A DNA stretch of 63,519 nucleotides, filler included, from Octopus bimaculoides (GCF_001194135.2; 6 parts of 5 records of this genome joined end to end with filler, not necessarily neighbours in it), one strand, 5' to 3'. Positions 38,084 to 50,725 are shown, counted from the first letter of the whole stretch. The notes: generated from the letters alone by a model not told the origin. Made by a program: numbers and translations.

Positions 38084-38401
38084 TGTTTGTATATGTAAAC
38101 CTATGTGTGTGTGTGTTTATATATATATATATATATGCATGTATGTATATATAAACCTATGTGGTAGTTATATAAATATGGCAAATCTATTTCCTTGTCA
38201 ACTGAAAAAAATAATGAACAGCATTAATTGATTTTCGAATCTTCTTGGCCTTTCATCAGAGGTGTCTACATCACTTCAACAATCCCAGAGAAACAAGTAG
38301 CCAATTTGTCTATATACACAACAAAACCAGTAGCTTCAGAGAACTAGAGCTACTAATTTGCATGCTAAAACAGATTAGTCAATAACTAATGAACTACTCA
38401 C

Positions 38402-38497
38402 CTTATACCTGAGTGTACTGGCATTGGTTAGAACCTTCCAGGAACGGCATACACGGGCACAGTGGGCAAGATCAATGGCATTTAAGAAACTGAATAT
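38402..38497 (-). CDS. FBXL13: FBXL13-like F-box exon (96 nt, phase 0 to 0)
   Basis: ttcttttag|ATATTC...TATAAG|gtgagt encodes IFSFLNAIDLAHCARVCRSWKVLTNASTLRYK, the F-box core IF..L...DL..C..VCRSW. Confidence 0.92.
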
Positions 38498-38508
38498 CTA
38501 AAAGAAAT

Positions 38509-38542
<34 letters not shown>

Positions 38543-38706
38543 NNNNNNNNNNNNNNNNNNNNNNNNNNNNNNNNNNNNNNNNNNNNNNNNNNNNNNNNNN
38601 NNNNNNNNNNNNNNNNNNNNNNNNNNNNNNNNNNNNNNNNNNNNNNNNNNNNNNNNNNNNNNNNNNNNNNNNNNNNNNNNNNNNNNNNNNNNNNNNNNNN
38701 NNNNNN

Positions 38707-38998
38707 GTCTGTCTGTCTGTGTGAATCCCTAAAACTCGAGAACTACACAACCAATTTCATTCAAATTTTACACATGCCTTACTTAGGGTCCCGGTTGTGT
38801 TTTAGTCAAAAAAATGTTCAACTTCTTGCATAGTTCGAGCCCACAGCAACATAATATCTCCTCCACTATTTAAGTATTACGTGTCAAAAGTGAAACAAAA
38901 ACACTCATGTCAAATACTTTCACTTTAAAAATGAAACTATTCCACTAACTGAAACAATCACATTTCGATACTGTAATGACAGATACTTTCACTTTAAT
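38707..38998 (+). repeat. Interspersed non-autonomous DNA-type repeat (possibly Helitron/HINE-like)
   Basis: (GTCT)n followed by ...GAACTACACAACCAATTTCATTCAAATTTTACAC, a layout typical of such elements. No termini confirmed. Confidence 0.3.
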
Positions 38999-39479
38999 GG
39001 TGTATATATATGTATATATATGTAGAGAGAGAGAGAGAGAGAAATAAATAAAGAGAGAGAGAGATGTATATGTATACATATAGATGTATATGTACACGTA
39101 TATGTATAGATATATATATAGATATAGATCTATATGCATACATGTATATGTATACATATGTGTAGATGTATATATATAGATGTACATGTAATATGTACAC
39201 ATATATACATATATATACATGCATACAGATATCTATACATATATACACCCATCACACACACACATACACATGCACACAAACACACACATTAGTCATCTGT
39301 TTTCTTATCCAAAACTAAGTCAAAAGTACTGAATGGATCTTTATGAAATTTGGAAATTATATTCTATGCATAACAGCCATAACCCCCATGAAAATTCATA
39401 TATTTTTGATGTTGATGAAATTTTAACTTCTAGCATACCACAACAAAAATACTTTGGACCAAAATGAGTAGCAATTCCA

Positions 39480-39760
39480 GAGTCAAATACTGTGCATGAC
39501 CTGGGGATAGATATGAGTAATGATGTTTCACTTCATGTACCTATCACCAAGAAAGTGGCACAGTCCAACCATGTTAATGCAATTGTGTTTTGGAGTGATA
39601 TCCTGTACATGCAGTAACATTGTTCTATTCTATTCCTTTGCCACAATGATTGTTGACATCTTGCATTATCCCTAATTTTATGAAATTCTATACCATACTC
39701 TCATCAATTAAATGGTGGAATTGTCATCTGTTATTCAATGTTCAATCAAGTAACTACATA
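39480..39760 (+). mobile_element. CR1/L2-group LINE RT thumb remnant
   Basis: DLGIDMSNDVSLHVPITKKVA resembles the 'DLG.....d..f..HI...v' motif. Confidence 0.4.
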
Positions 39761-40997
39761 TTTGCATAAAACCCATGGTATTGGACTATTGATTTTTATC
39801 GAAAGAATACATATATGTCTATAGAGTATATCTGTGTGCATGTATGTGTATATCTGCATGCATACATATGTAAGTATATTTCTGTAGATGTATATTTCTC
39901 ACTGTATTTATATCCATATACACATGTGTGTTGACATGCAAGTATTTGTGTATATGTATGTGATTAATGAAAGTGTTTAATGANNNNNNNNNNNNNNNNN
40001 NNNNNNNNNNNNNNNNNNNNNNNNNNNNNNNNNNNNNNNNNNNNNNNNNNNNNNNNNNNNNNNNNNNNNNNNNNNNNNNNNNNNNNNNNNNNNNNNNNNN
40101 NNNNNNNNNNNNNNNNNNNNNNNNNNNNNNNNNNNNNNNNNNNNNNNNNNNNNNNNNNNNNNNNNNNNTAAACGATGATGATGATGATGATGATACACAT
40201 GTGTGCTGACATGCAAGTATTTGTGTATATGTATGTGATTAATGAAAGTGTTTAATGATATGACATCAAATTAAACAGTTTAATTTTATTACCAAAACTG
40301 GATGAAATCAAATCTTTTTCTGTTACCTTTTTTTTCATTTTTTGTTTTCAAAGATTGATAGTTGAAGAGATGTTTGTGGTCCTTTAAATTTACATATTTT
40401 CAGGAGGCAGTACATCTACAATTTTAGCTTTTGTTTCTATAAAGGTTGTCACACTCTTAAATACTGCTTTCAGCAGGTGTTTTAAGTTCTGTTTGATATT
40501 TCTGTAGTTCTTAACTGTAGGGCAATATGCTTACAATGTTCACACCATAAGAAGCCCTTGTGATAGAATTGTGTCAGAAAGCTTCCCACCATGGTATAGA
40601 TCTGCACCAGCAGAGTTGTCTGTGATTATCCTCCTCCTCCTCCTCCTCCTCCACCACCACCACCAACAACAACAACAATTTCATGCATCAAAACAGACAC
40701 AGTAGACTAGGATAGTCTTCTATCTGGCTGGCTCCTGTCAACTGTCCTACCCATGCATGCATGGAAGATGGACTTTAAACAATGATGATGATGAATCAAT
40801 AAGAGAACCACAATATGATCACTTGATTTGCTAAAAAATATCAACCAAATTATCCTGAAATTATAAGCTAGTACACAATGGATAATGTAGTGCTACATAC
40901 CATTAAAACAAGCCCAAATCATCATAGCTAGAACAGTATTGATCTGCCTGGACAGTAACTACATGAATGCAGTTTTAAATATCAAAGATTTCTATAC

Positions 40998-41108
40998 CTG
41001 TACAGAAACTTTGTAAGGTAAAGTTGAAATACTGTCATGTACTTCTGGAAGACAATTTTTTGAAGGAATTGGTTCCTCATTCTCAGTATTCTCTCCCTTT
41101 TCTAATCT
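40998..41108 (-). CDS. FBXL13: FBXL13-like exon leading into the F-box (111 nt, phase 0 to 0)
   Basis: tttttttatttctgtag|AGATTAGAA...GTACAG|gtatag encodes RLEKGENTENEEPIPSKNCLPEVHDSISTLPYKVSVQ; IS.LP starts the F-box. Confidence 0.87.
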
Positions 41109-43011
41109 CTACAGAAATAAAAAAAGAAAGGTGAACAGATGACTCATTGATATTAACATAAACACACACACACACACATTCATCATCCATTTAATATCTG
41201 TTTTTCCATACTGACATGGGTCAGATGAGACAGTTTTTCCATGGTTGGGTATTCTTCAGACAGCTCGATGGCTGGACATTATTGGCAATATTCCAGTCAT
41301 TCTTCATTTCACGCTTAAGGCCCAATCTTGGCTGATTAAACCTCCTAAAGTAGACTGAGCAAGCATATGTCAGACAGGATATTACCTAAGCTAGGGGAAG
41401 AAGCCCTTTTACCACTATGAATATATTTTTCTTCAGTGATAGACTAGTTTAAAGATATCCCTTATAAATTATGTGCAAAATATATTCACTTTGATATTTT
41501 ATTTTATTATACCTTCATCACATTATCACTATTACTAAAAGCTATTGAGCTTACTGAAATCACAACTGGCTTTAGTAATTCCAAGGTTGGTGTGATTATC
41601 CATGCTTGGATAACTGTTATAAGTTATAATTCTATATGGATATAAAAAAAAGCCACAATTACATTTTTGGCAAGTGTTTTAGCCAAGGTCACTGATCTTT
41701 TGACCTATTTAATCTGTCACAACTTTGGGACAAAATGCTCCACAGAGAAGGGGTTTCTTTAAGGATGTTAGCCTGTTGATTACAACTAACTGCAGCCTGT
41801 AGCTTGAAGATAGATTCAAGAAGGACCTGATTAGCTTCTTCATATGTCTTAATCTATCTACTACATTAGACACAGATCTATCTGTATAAACTTTTTGGAT
41901 GTGACTTTGAATATCTCTTATTGATTATTTTAACCATATACAAAAATATATCTCACCAAGATTATCATGTTTTTCAGCTAATGCATAGATATTTAAGAAA
42001 CACTTAACATATTATAAGAAAGCATTGGCTTGTAGTGATTTTAAGGAAAAGCCATGTTACTTTTAAGGAAATGCTATATCAACTACAAGTATGGGATTAG
42101 GCAGAATAGACCTAAATAATATTATTTGGATATTCTTTCTGTCACCAGTCTTCACTTGTTTCCAAATAAGATACTATTTCTCCTGGTACTTCAAATAATG
42201 GACAGCTCAATGGCTGAACATATTTTCAATGCAGGCAACATTCCTGTAACTCTTTTTAATATGGAACTAACAACACCTGTCATCAGAGTTTTTTTCTTTA
42301 CCCAAGAAATGTTTTCAAACAGAACAGGTATTATAAGAGATGGTAGAGGAAGAGGAGGGGGAATTCTTTTTAGCCAACAAGCACTTTGAATGATGGCGGA
42401 ACAGAACATACCATGGTAATACATACGTATAAATTATCATCATCATGTTCATCAACGTCCACATGCATAGTGTAAACATATGCAAATATATACACATACA
42501 TATACACACATGAATGCATAGGGTACAAACATGAATATAAATATATAATATGTATAGTCACATATACACATAAATACATGCATATAAACCTACAGGACAC
42601 TTATATACATATATGCACCCATAAAAAAAAAATTTTTTTCACAAACCCTACCCCAACAAACCAAACTACATCTCTTCTCTTTCTCACATTTCCTCTTTTT
42701 CATGCACTATGCTTATGCTTATATCCTGCTCCTTGATCCTGACCTCACTGCCATGCAGACTGTATCATTGTTATCCTGTTGTCACCCACCTCCTCTCTAT
42801 GTCCACATTTCACCAGTCACTGCATTTCCTCCCCCACATTCTTTGCATTCATGTAAAGTCCCTGATCCCTACTCATGCACCCTTGGCAATACTCTACAAT
42901 CCCATTTATATTCTGATTCCTGTACCTTGAGGGTATGCCCTAGCACTTCATCACCATCTCTCTCCCACTCTCATCCTCTTTCTTGCATTCTCATCCTCTT
43001 ACTCTCTTCTA

Positions 43012-43047
<36 letters not shown>

Positions 43048-43164
43048 CTCTCTCTCCCTCTGACTGGGTAACCATGTATCTCCTCTACAGCAATACACTT
43101 GTCCCTCTATCACACTCTAATCTCTTATCACCTCACACAAGGCTACTTCCTCAAAAGCCTGCCC

Positions 43165-43500
43165 CACAAAGATCTTTGTCTTGCAAGTTACTTGGTGACC
43201 CCACTTGTGCTGGTGCATCCAGTCCACACTGTAAAATAGTTGATGTTTGGAAGGGCATCCAGCTGTAAAAATCATGCCAAAACAGACATCACTAGTGCTG
43301 GTACCACATAAAAAGCACTCAGTCCACTTTGTAAGGTGATTGATGTTAGGAAGAACATACAACCATAAAAACCCTACCAAAGCAGACAGTGAAACCTGGT
43401 GCAGTCTTCTGCCTAGCCAGTCCATCCAACTCATGACAGCATGGAAAATGGACATTAAATGATGATGATGATCATCATCATCATCATCATCATCATCACC
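43165..43500 (+). mobile_element. SINE family C 3' part with (GAT)n tail
   Basis: GGAAGGGCATCCAGCTGTAAAA...CCAACTCATGACAGCATGGAAAATGGACATTAAATGATGATG, with an internal duplication of the GCTGGT...AAAAAGCAC block. Confidence 0.8.
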
Positions 43501-44054
43501 ATGCACTCATGTAACACCTCACATATTGTTATATTGTCATCTGCAATATATAAATATATATATACATATAAGAAAATAGGAATAATTAAATTAATACTTA
43601 TTTATTAATTACAAAATTGGACATCATCTGACAGTTGTTTTGATTCAAGACTTAGAAATTAATTAATATAATTAAAAACATTTTAAAGTTGAATCTCAAT
43701 GGAGGTGGAAAAAGATATACCCTTACATTTTCTTATTATTGTGTGTTGAGTGTAGGGAGCAAATTCACTAACTAATAAATGTTTTGTAGAAAGAACATGA
43801 TACAAACCTTACAAAGGTGGGGAAGGTAGTATATTTATCAAAGTTATTATAAAAATGAAAATAAAAATAAGGAATAAGATATGGTAATCAAACAAATATA
43901 TCTTTAAAGTATAATTAAGTATTAAATAAAAGTAATTGTGAATGTGGTTATAAAAATTTAGGTAGTAATATATTATGGGTAGTTATTAATATTATAAAGT
44001 AAGCAATATTTTAATTAATGCTATTGTGAAAAGCACCATCCGAATGTAGTCTAT

Positions 44055-44321
44055 GCCAGCTCCCCACCCCAACTGGTTCTTGTGCTGGTAGCACGTAAAA
44101 AAGTACCATCCAAACATGGCCAATGCCAGTGCTGCCTGACTGGCTCCCATGCCAGTGGCACGTAAAAAGCACCCATACACTCTCAGAGTGGCTGGTGTTA
44201 GGAAAGGCATCCAGCTGTAGAAACACTGCCAGATCAGATTGGAGCCTGGTGTGGCCTCTTGGCTTACCAGTCCCCAGTCAAACTGTCCAACCCATGACAG
44301 CATGGAAAACGGACGTTAAAC

Positions 44322-44354
<33 letters not shown>

Positions 44355-44376
44355 AATGATGATGATGATGATGATG
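44055..44376 (+). mobile_element. SINE family C 3' part with (GAT)n tail
   Basis: GCACGTAAAAAGCACCC...AGGAAAGGCATCCAGCTGTAGAAAC...CCAACCCATGACAGCATGGAAAACGGACGTTAAACGATGATG. Confidence 0.85.
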
Positions 44377-45240
44377 TAAACAAATAAATAATTATGAATA
44401 GAAAAATTAGAGTGAATATATATAAAAATAGTTTGTAATTATTTAAGTAATATATATGTGAGTAAAATAAATATAAAAAGGGTAATAGGTGAAAAATATA
44501 TTTTTGAGTGCATTATATATAAATACAATATATAATTTATATGTACAGAGATAGAACAAAAGTGCAACAAGCATATAATAAAATGATATAGAATAGATTA
44601 GTGAATAGGCAAATGAGAATTTGTTATTACACAAATATAAACATAAGTTTACACACACATATAGATAATTTATTATGATTAATACTTTTAATTAGTACTA
44701 CAAACATAATTATTATAAATTATTATGATTAATCAAAAATCTTATTGTATCTTCACCCCTTCTCCGACTAAAACCTATTGGCATATCCCACTATTATGGT
44801 TTAGTCATTTACTTAACGTTCCAAAAGGATATACAAAAGCAAAATTGTATGATTACAACCATATTCGACTTTTCCCTTTTTCTTCTCCATGCTCTTCTTT
44901 ATTTATTCTTCACTCTGATGAAGCTCCATGTTTCCAACCAGTTTTATTACCAAATATGATAAATATTTTTAGCATATCAATGGCAATAACATATAATGGG
45001 ATGCAGTCTATTTGTATTGAATTAATAAATAGTAATTGATGTTCATCAATATTTCTCCACTTTCTGTTTTCTTTAAAATATTGATTGTTGATAAACTCAT
45101 GTTTATCCTTGTCTTTACCTATAATTTATGAGCAAATTATGTTCACATATGTATGCCCATGGTTAAACATAGGTAATATACCAGTAGTGTAATGGATACT
45201 TCTATCCCTTAGACAGTTATTTTAACCTCTAACTCAGCTA

Positions 45241-45275
<35 letters not shown>

Positions 45276-45463
45276 TACACACACACACACGCACATATAT
45301 ATATATAATTTAAAATTAAAAATAAATAATAAAAGGGTAAAATTAATTAATTAATCAATCAGTTGATTAATAATTTTACCAAGGAATTTTTAACTCCAAT
45401 TTCTAAATTCAGTATGTGGTGAAGCAATTAGCTGACCTCTAATTATAATTATATATATATATC

Positions 45464-45862
45464 AAGTTGTTGGATCTGGTAATGAAAGTCACGGGGAGGG
45501 TCATAGCCCAACTAATTAGGGAGCGAGTCAGTTTAGATGAGACGCAGTTTGGGTTCGTGCCAGGGAAAAGCACCACTGATACTATATTTCTGGTAAGACA
45601 GCTTCAGGAGAAATACCTAGCCAAGGATAAACCTCTGTACCTGGCTTTTGTCAACATGGAGAAAGCCTTTGACAGGGTTTTCTGATCCCTCATCTGGTGG
45701 TCAATGAGGAAACTAGGGATAGAAGAATGGTCAGTGAGAGCTGTGCGAGCCATGTACAGGGACGCTGTCAGTAAGGTGAGGGTTGGAAATGAGTACAGTG
45801 AAGAATTCCGGGTAGAGGTAGGGGTCCACCAAGGTTCTGTCCTCAGCCCCCTCCTATTTATC
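45464..45862 (+). mobile_element. RTE-clade LINE reverse transcriptase fragment, little decayed, cut by the scaffold end
   Basis: LLDLVMKVTGRVI...QFGFVPGKSTTDTIFLVRQLQEKY...LYLAFVNMEKAFDRVF*SLIWWSMRKLG...MYRDAVSKVRVG...GVHQGSVLSPLLFI; a single stop in about 130 codons. Confidence 0.93.
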
Positions 45863-45962
45863 NNNNNNNNNNNNNNNNNNNNNNNNNNNNNNNNNNNNNN
45901 NNNNNNTTAATTAATTAANNNNNNNNNNNNNNNNNNNNNNNNNNNNNNNNNNNNNNNNNNNN

Positions 45963-46092
45963 GGGAGACAAACACAGACACACACACATACAAATATATA
46001 TAAACGATGTGTTTCTTTCAGTTTCCGTCTACCAAATCCACTCACAAGGCTTGGTCGACCCGAGGCTATAGTAGAAGACACTCGCCCAAGAT
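45963..46092 (-). mobile_element. SINE family B, partial
   Basis: TTTCAGTTTCCGTCTACCAAATCCACTCACAAGGC...GAGGCTATAGTAGAAGACACTCGCCCAAG. Confidence 0.85.
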
Positions 46093-46104
46093 TCTCTTTG
46101 TCGT

Positions 46105-46210
46105 TTATCCCTTTGGGTTCGAAAAAAATGAAGGACCAGCTAAGTACTGGGTTTGATGTTATCGACTTGCTTCCTCCCATAAAAAATTGCCCTCCTTGTG
46201 CCAAAACCGC
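46105..46210 (+). mobile_element. SINE family A, partial
   Basis: TATCCCTTTGGGTTCG...TAAGTACTGGGTTTGATGTTATCGAC...CTTGTGCCAAAA. Confidence 0.6.
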
Positions 46211-46843
46211 CGCCGGAATTTCATTAGTAAATGATAACATTAACGCCAACACTAACTGAATATCGGGTCTTTGGAAACGAAAGGGTACAAGCGTCAGCGA
46301 AAGAATTAGTTATAGAATTATATGTTGAGACTATTTAAAAAAATAAAATATGCCAAAAAACAAAACAAGAAGAAAGAAACAAATAAAAACAACAAAATCA
46401 AGGCCGTTTGAATATAAGTGCATTGACGTGGTTCCAAACAGATGACCCAGAATGAAAAAAAAAATCATTTGTTTGATATTGTTACTCAACACAGCTAATG
46501 TTTCTTTATCAGAGAGATATGAACACTTACAAAGCTTCAATAAAACATGGAGGTTAAAAAAAAACACAATTTACCATAAAAGATTTGCCAGATAAAAATA
46601 AACTAAGATTGGCATGTCAAGGTTTGTAGGATAAGTTTCAAGTAGCAAGAAAATAACGATATTAACGGATGTGGTCTCTTGACTCAATGAGATATATTAT
46701 AAAATAATTATTTCCTGGAGATGTAAAGCTTTTGATAGAAGCCGTTAGATTCATCAGCGGTAATAGGTTACAGGATATCATGCAAAACCTGTGGTTTGCA
46801 TTAAGATTAAGGTATACAATATTTATAACTGTTGGCCGTAGAT

Positions 46844-46880
<37 letters not shown>

Positions 46881-47059
46881 CAAGTATGCTAAAAGCTTAT
46901 AAGGACATATCTAAGGTCATCCAAGACAGAAACACTTAAGTTCTTTGGCAATTTTCTCAATAGAAAAATGGTATTGCAAAAAGATGTGGCTCTGTGGTAA
47001 GAATTTTGCTTTCCAACCACATGATCCCAGGTCCCATTTTGTTTAGGACAGGTATAATT

Positions 47060-47330
47060 ACCAACATAGGAACATGTATCTTACATCAAAATGAAGCTGG
47101 TCCTCTGTGGATCACATCCCTACTTCTCAACATAGTCACCGTTTCTCTCAATACCAATGTTCCTCCTTCGAATCAGAGCATGTATCCCTGCCCCGTAAAA
47201 TTCTGTTGACTGTTCTTTGAGCCACTTCTTCACTACAGTTTTCACTTCCTCGTCACTGGAATGATTTAGCGCCTTCAGACTATCATCTCTTCGGCCCCAT
47301 GAAAGAGGGTTAGAAAAAAAGGAAGCATTG
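47060..47330 (-). mobile_element. Mariner transposase C-terminal fragment
   Basis: Minus strand HSSDEEVKTVVKKWLKEQSTEFYGAGIHALIRRRNIGIERNGDYVEK* (stop at 47120-47122). Confidence 0.88.
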
Positions 47331-47514
47331 GGAGGAAGGCAATGGATTAGGGGACGTCATGAATTTATTATAATATTATAATAGTATTGTATACAAATTA
47401 TATAATATATTAAATATCAAATGATTCATAGTATATATAAATTAGTAAAATACAAAATATTTATTTATACATAAAAATATGGGTGGGGGTGCTGAGGGTA
47501 TTATGTGGCCATGA

Positions 47515-47549
47515 GAGGAGCAGTAGCCCCCAAAATTTGAGAACCACTG
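47515..47549 (-). mobile_element. Isolated hAT (Charlie-type) terminus
   Basis: Reverse complement begins CAGTGGTTCTCAAA; partner end not found. Confidence 0.4.
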
Positions 47550-47819
47550 TTTTAGATGGCAGGGTGAATTCTGAGAGAGATCTTTGGCTGCTATTTCTTG
47601 TTGGTCGATCGTACCACGAAGGAGCATTTTTCGTTGTTGGTTGGTTAGTTGGTTGGTAGGTAGAAGATGACGGTAAAAGGTGAACAATCGATCGATGACT
47701 GTGTTGTGTTATCCTTGGGAAAACAAGCGAAAAACTGTTAAGGACGTTGATCATAATAGTTGCGCTGTTGGTGGTTGAGGGGTTTCTGAATGCGGTTTGT
47801 GTCGTTTGTTGGAGAGTGA

Positions 47820-47850
47820 GATAGATAGACAGACAGACAAACAGATAGAT

Positions 47851-47885
<35 letters not shown>

Positions 47886-47889
47886 TATA

Positions 47890-47928
<39 letters not shown>

Positions 47929-48059
47929 AAGAGACAGAAGGAGAGTGGGTGGGAGAGAGGATAGAGAGAGAAAGTGAGAGGATGGGAGACATTGAGAGAG
48001 AGAGAGATATATATATAGAGAGAGAGATGGAGAGAGGGCAAGAACGAGAGAGAAACGGT

Positions 48060-48090
<31 letters not shown>

Positions 48091-48209
48091 GAAAGGGTAG
48101 AGATGGAGAGAGTAAGAAGAAGAAAGGGAGAGGGAGAAAGGGAGAAAGACAAGGAGAGAGAGAGAAAGAGGAGACAAAGAAAGAGAAAGGGAACGATAGA
48201 GATAGATAG
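47820..48209. repeat. (GATA)n/(GA)n purine-rich low-complexity tract
   Basis: Visible repeat tract running into an N gap. Confidence 0.9.
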
Positions 48210-48884
48210 NNNNNNNNNNNNNNNNNNNNNNNNNNNNNNNNNNNNNNNNNNNNNNNNNNNNNNNNNNNNNNNNNNNNNNNNNNNNNNNNNNNNNNNNNNN
48301 NNNNNNNNNNNNNNNNNNNNNNNNNNNNNNNNNNNNNNNNNNNNNNNNNNNNNNNNNNNNNNNNNNNNNNNNNNNNNNNNNNNNNNNNNNNNNNNNNNNN
48401 NNNNNNNNNNNNNNNNNNNNNNNNNNNNNNNNNNNNNNNNNNNNNNNNNNNNNNNNNNNNNNNNNNNNNNNNNNNNNNNNNNNNNNNNNNNNNNNNNNNN
48501 NNNNNNNNNNNNNNNNNNNNNNNNNNNNNNNNNNNNNNNNNNNNNNNNNNNNNNNNNNNNNNNNNNNNNNNNNNNNNNNNNNNNNNNNNNNNNNNNNNNN
48601 NNNNNNNNNNNNNNNNNNNNNNNNNNNNNNNNNNNNNNNNNNNNNNNNNNNNNNNNNNNNNNNNNNNNNNNNNNNNNNNNNNNNNNNNNNNNNNNNNNNN
48701 NNNNNNNNNNNNNNNNNNNNNNNNNNNNNNNNNNNNNNNNNNNNNNNNNNNNNNNNNNNNNNNNNNNNNNNNNNNNNNNNNNNNNNNNNNAATCTTGTCT
48801 AATGGTATTTGAATATAAACTCAGCAACTTAAAACTGGTGTACAGTGCAGAAACAAATGTGATCTACTATTAAAGCCTGAGAGT

Positions 48885-49015
48885 CACTATCCTAACCAAA
48901 TGGTTCCGGGTTCAGTCCCACTGCGGGGCACCTTGGGCAAGTGTTTTCTATTATAGTAGCGGGTCGACCAAAGCCTTGTGAGTGGATTTGGCAGACGGAA
49001 ATTGAAATAATTCGT
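48885..49015 (+). mobile_element. SINE family B head and core
   Basis: ATGGTTCCGGGTTCAGTCCCACTGCGGGGCACCTTGGGCAAGTG...CCAAAGCCTTGTGAGTGGATTTGGCAGACGGAAA. Confidence 0.88.
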
Positions 49016-49398
49016 TTTTTTTTTTTATTGAGTGTGTTAGAAAATTTGAACTGGTCCCATGATGGATTATCATCTTCAAATTAGCCATGCGGCGTTTAGG
49101 GAATTTTGGGGTCTTGTTTGAGTTTCCTGTTCTTCCTGTCCAGTGTGCTTTTTGCTTTGTTGGATTGTTTTGTGGAAGTTGTTTTGTGCCGCTTTGGAAC
49201 GAACCGAAGCTAAAAATACACAAGAAACAATAGAAGAGTACCAAAATAAGGGTTACTTGGCAATATATAGGAAGAATGTGGACGCAGAGAAAAAGATGGC
49301 GAAATGGAAGGGACTGGTGTAAATGAAGCTGCCGAGAGAAGGATTTGAGATGAGGTATATGGATACCAAAGGAAAAGTGTGATAGATTTATGAATGTA

Positions 49399-49626
49399 TT
49401 GGGTTGTCCGGAAAGTTCGTGTCGATTTATGGTAGCTTTTCTTTCGACTTATTTGCCATGAAACCACCTCAATTCTGGGAAGAGGGTATTTTCAACTTAA
49501 AGGAAAGATGGAGACGCATTGTGCAACAAAATGATTCATATTTAGTTGATTAAAAATGTAATGGCAAGTATTTATTGACCTTTTTCTTGCCTTTAAAAAT
49601 CGGCACGAACTTTCCAGACAACTCAA
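49399..49626 (+). mobile_element. 228-bp mariner deletion derivative (MITE) with both TIRs and TA duplication
   Basis: TA|TTGGGTTGTCCGGAAAGTTCGTGTCGATTT ... AAATCGGCACGAACTTTCCAGACAACTCAA|TA (27/30 match). Interior encodes LFAMKPPQFWEEGIFNLKERWRRIVQQNDSYLVD*. Confidence 0.92.
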
Positions 49627-50589
49627 TATTTTTGGATCATCTGAAATGGATAAAGGAATATTGGTCGGATGAAGATGTACCTTCTGTAGTGGATACGAGA
49701 GGTTGGAAAGTGTGGAGAAATAAAGGTAAAAGAATATGCAAAACTAATGTGAATTCGGAAAAAAAGGAAAGAAAAAATGACTATATGTGGACTTAAAAAA
49801 AAAAAACAAAGAGAAAAGACTGTGAAAATGTAACCACAAAACTTCGGGGGTCGAATGGGCATTGCGCTTCATTCTCATTCTTTCATACTATCATTCGATT
49901 CTTTTAATATTTTCTTCTAATCTCATTGACTTTTTGTTAGTTTTTCGTTCCCCGAGTTTGTTTTTGTCGCGTTTGCATTGTCTTTGTTTTGTATTTGTCG
50001 AGGATCATCTACGTGTAGCCTTTTTATAGGTAATAAAGAAATAGAACTCTCGAAATACCCATCGGTGTGTTTGACTTCATTTTGTGGAACTCTTTTTTGC
50101 TTTTGGTCTCTAAACTACCATGGTTTTACGAATTGAACTTTTTGGACGTACTCTTTTGGTGTGAGGTGAGTAAAAATGATTTTTTAGTCGATTGATATTT
50201 TATTTCAGTTTTAGAGTTTTAGTAGCATGACACACTTTAGAATTTTTAGTCGACTGTTTTTACCTCTTTAATAAACCGTTCTATATAGTTGTATTTTTAT
50301 TCGCATATATATTTTTACCTTCTGTGTTTTTTGTATATGTATATTTTTATATGTTTAAGAACCATGATAATATTTGAGGTATAGTGTTATATAAATAAAG
50401 CCGTTGACTCGGATTTGATGTGTCTTCTATGGTTATTGTTTCTTTATCTCTGTCTCAATTATATTTGAGCACTTCTTTTTTGCAGTCCTATAAACTCTTC
50501 TGTTTCCATAAAAAGAGACAAAAATTATTTGTCGTATATCACACCCATGCAAGCACATATCTGAACACAGACAATATATACACCAACAC

Positions 50590-50725
50590 GCCTAGAAAAT
50601 CCACTCACGGTTTTGGTCGGCCTGGGGTTTAATTAGAAGACATTTGTCCAAAGTGACACGCAGCGGGTTTGAACCCAAAACCATGTGGTTGGGAAGCAAA
50701 CTTCTTACCACACAGCCACAGCTAT
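50590..50725 (-). mobile_element. SINE family B head and core
   Basis: AATCCACTCACGG...GAAGACATTTGTCCAAAGTGACACGCAG...CCATGTGGTTGGGAAGCAAACTTCTTACCACACAGCCA. Confidence 0.8.

Noticed and set aside
38228-38270. CUGAUGA...GAAA on the minus strand near the intronic PLE
   Set aside because: No convincing stem I, II or III around the core.
40392-40488. Candidate exon ending ...IVDVLPPEN, resembling an F-box start
   Set aside because: It ends in phase 2, incompatible with the phase-0 F-box exon; 40998-41108 fits far better.
44915-44940. CTGATGAAGCTCC hammerhead-like half
   Set aside because: No downstream GAAA or stem III.
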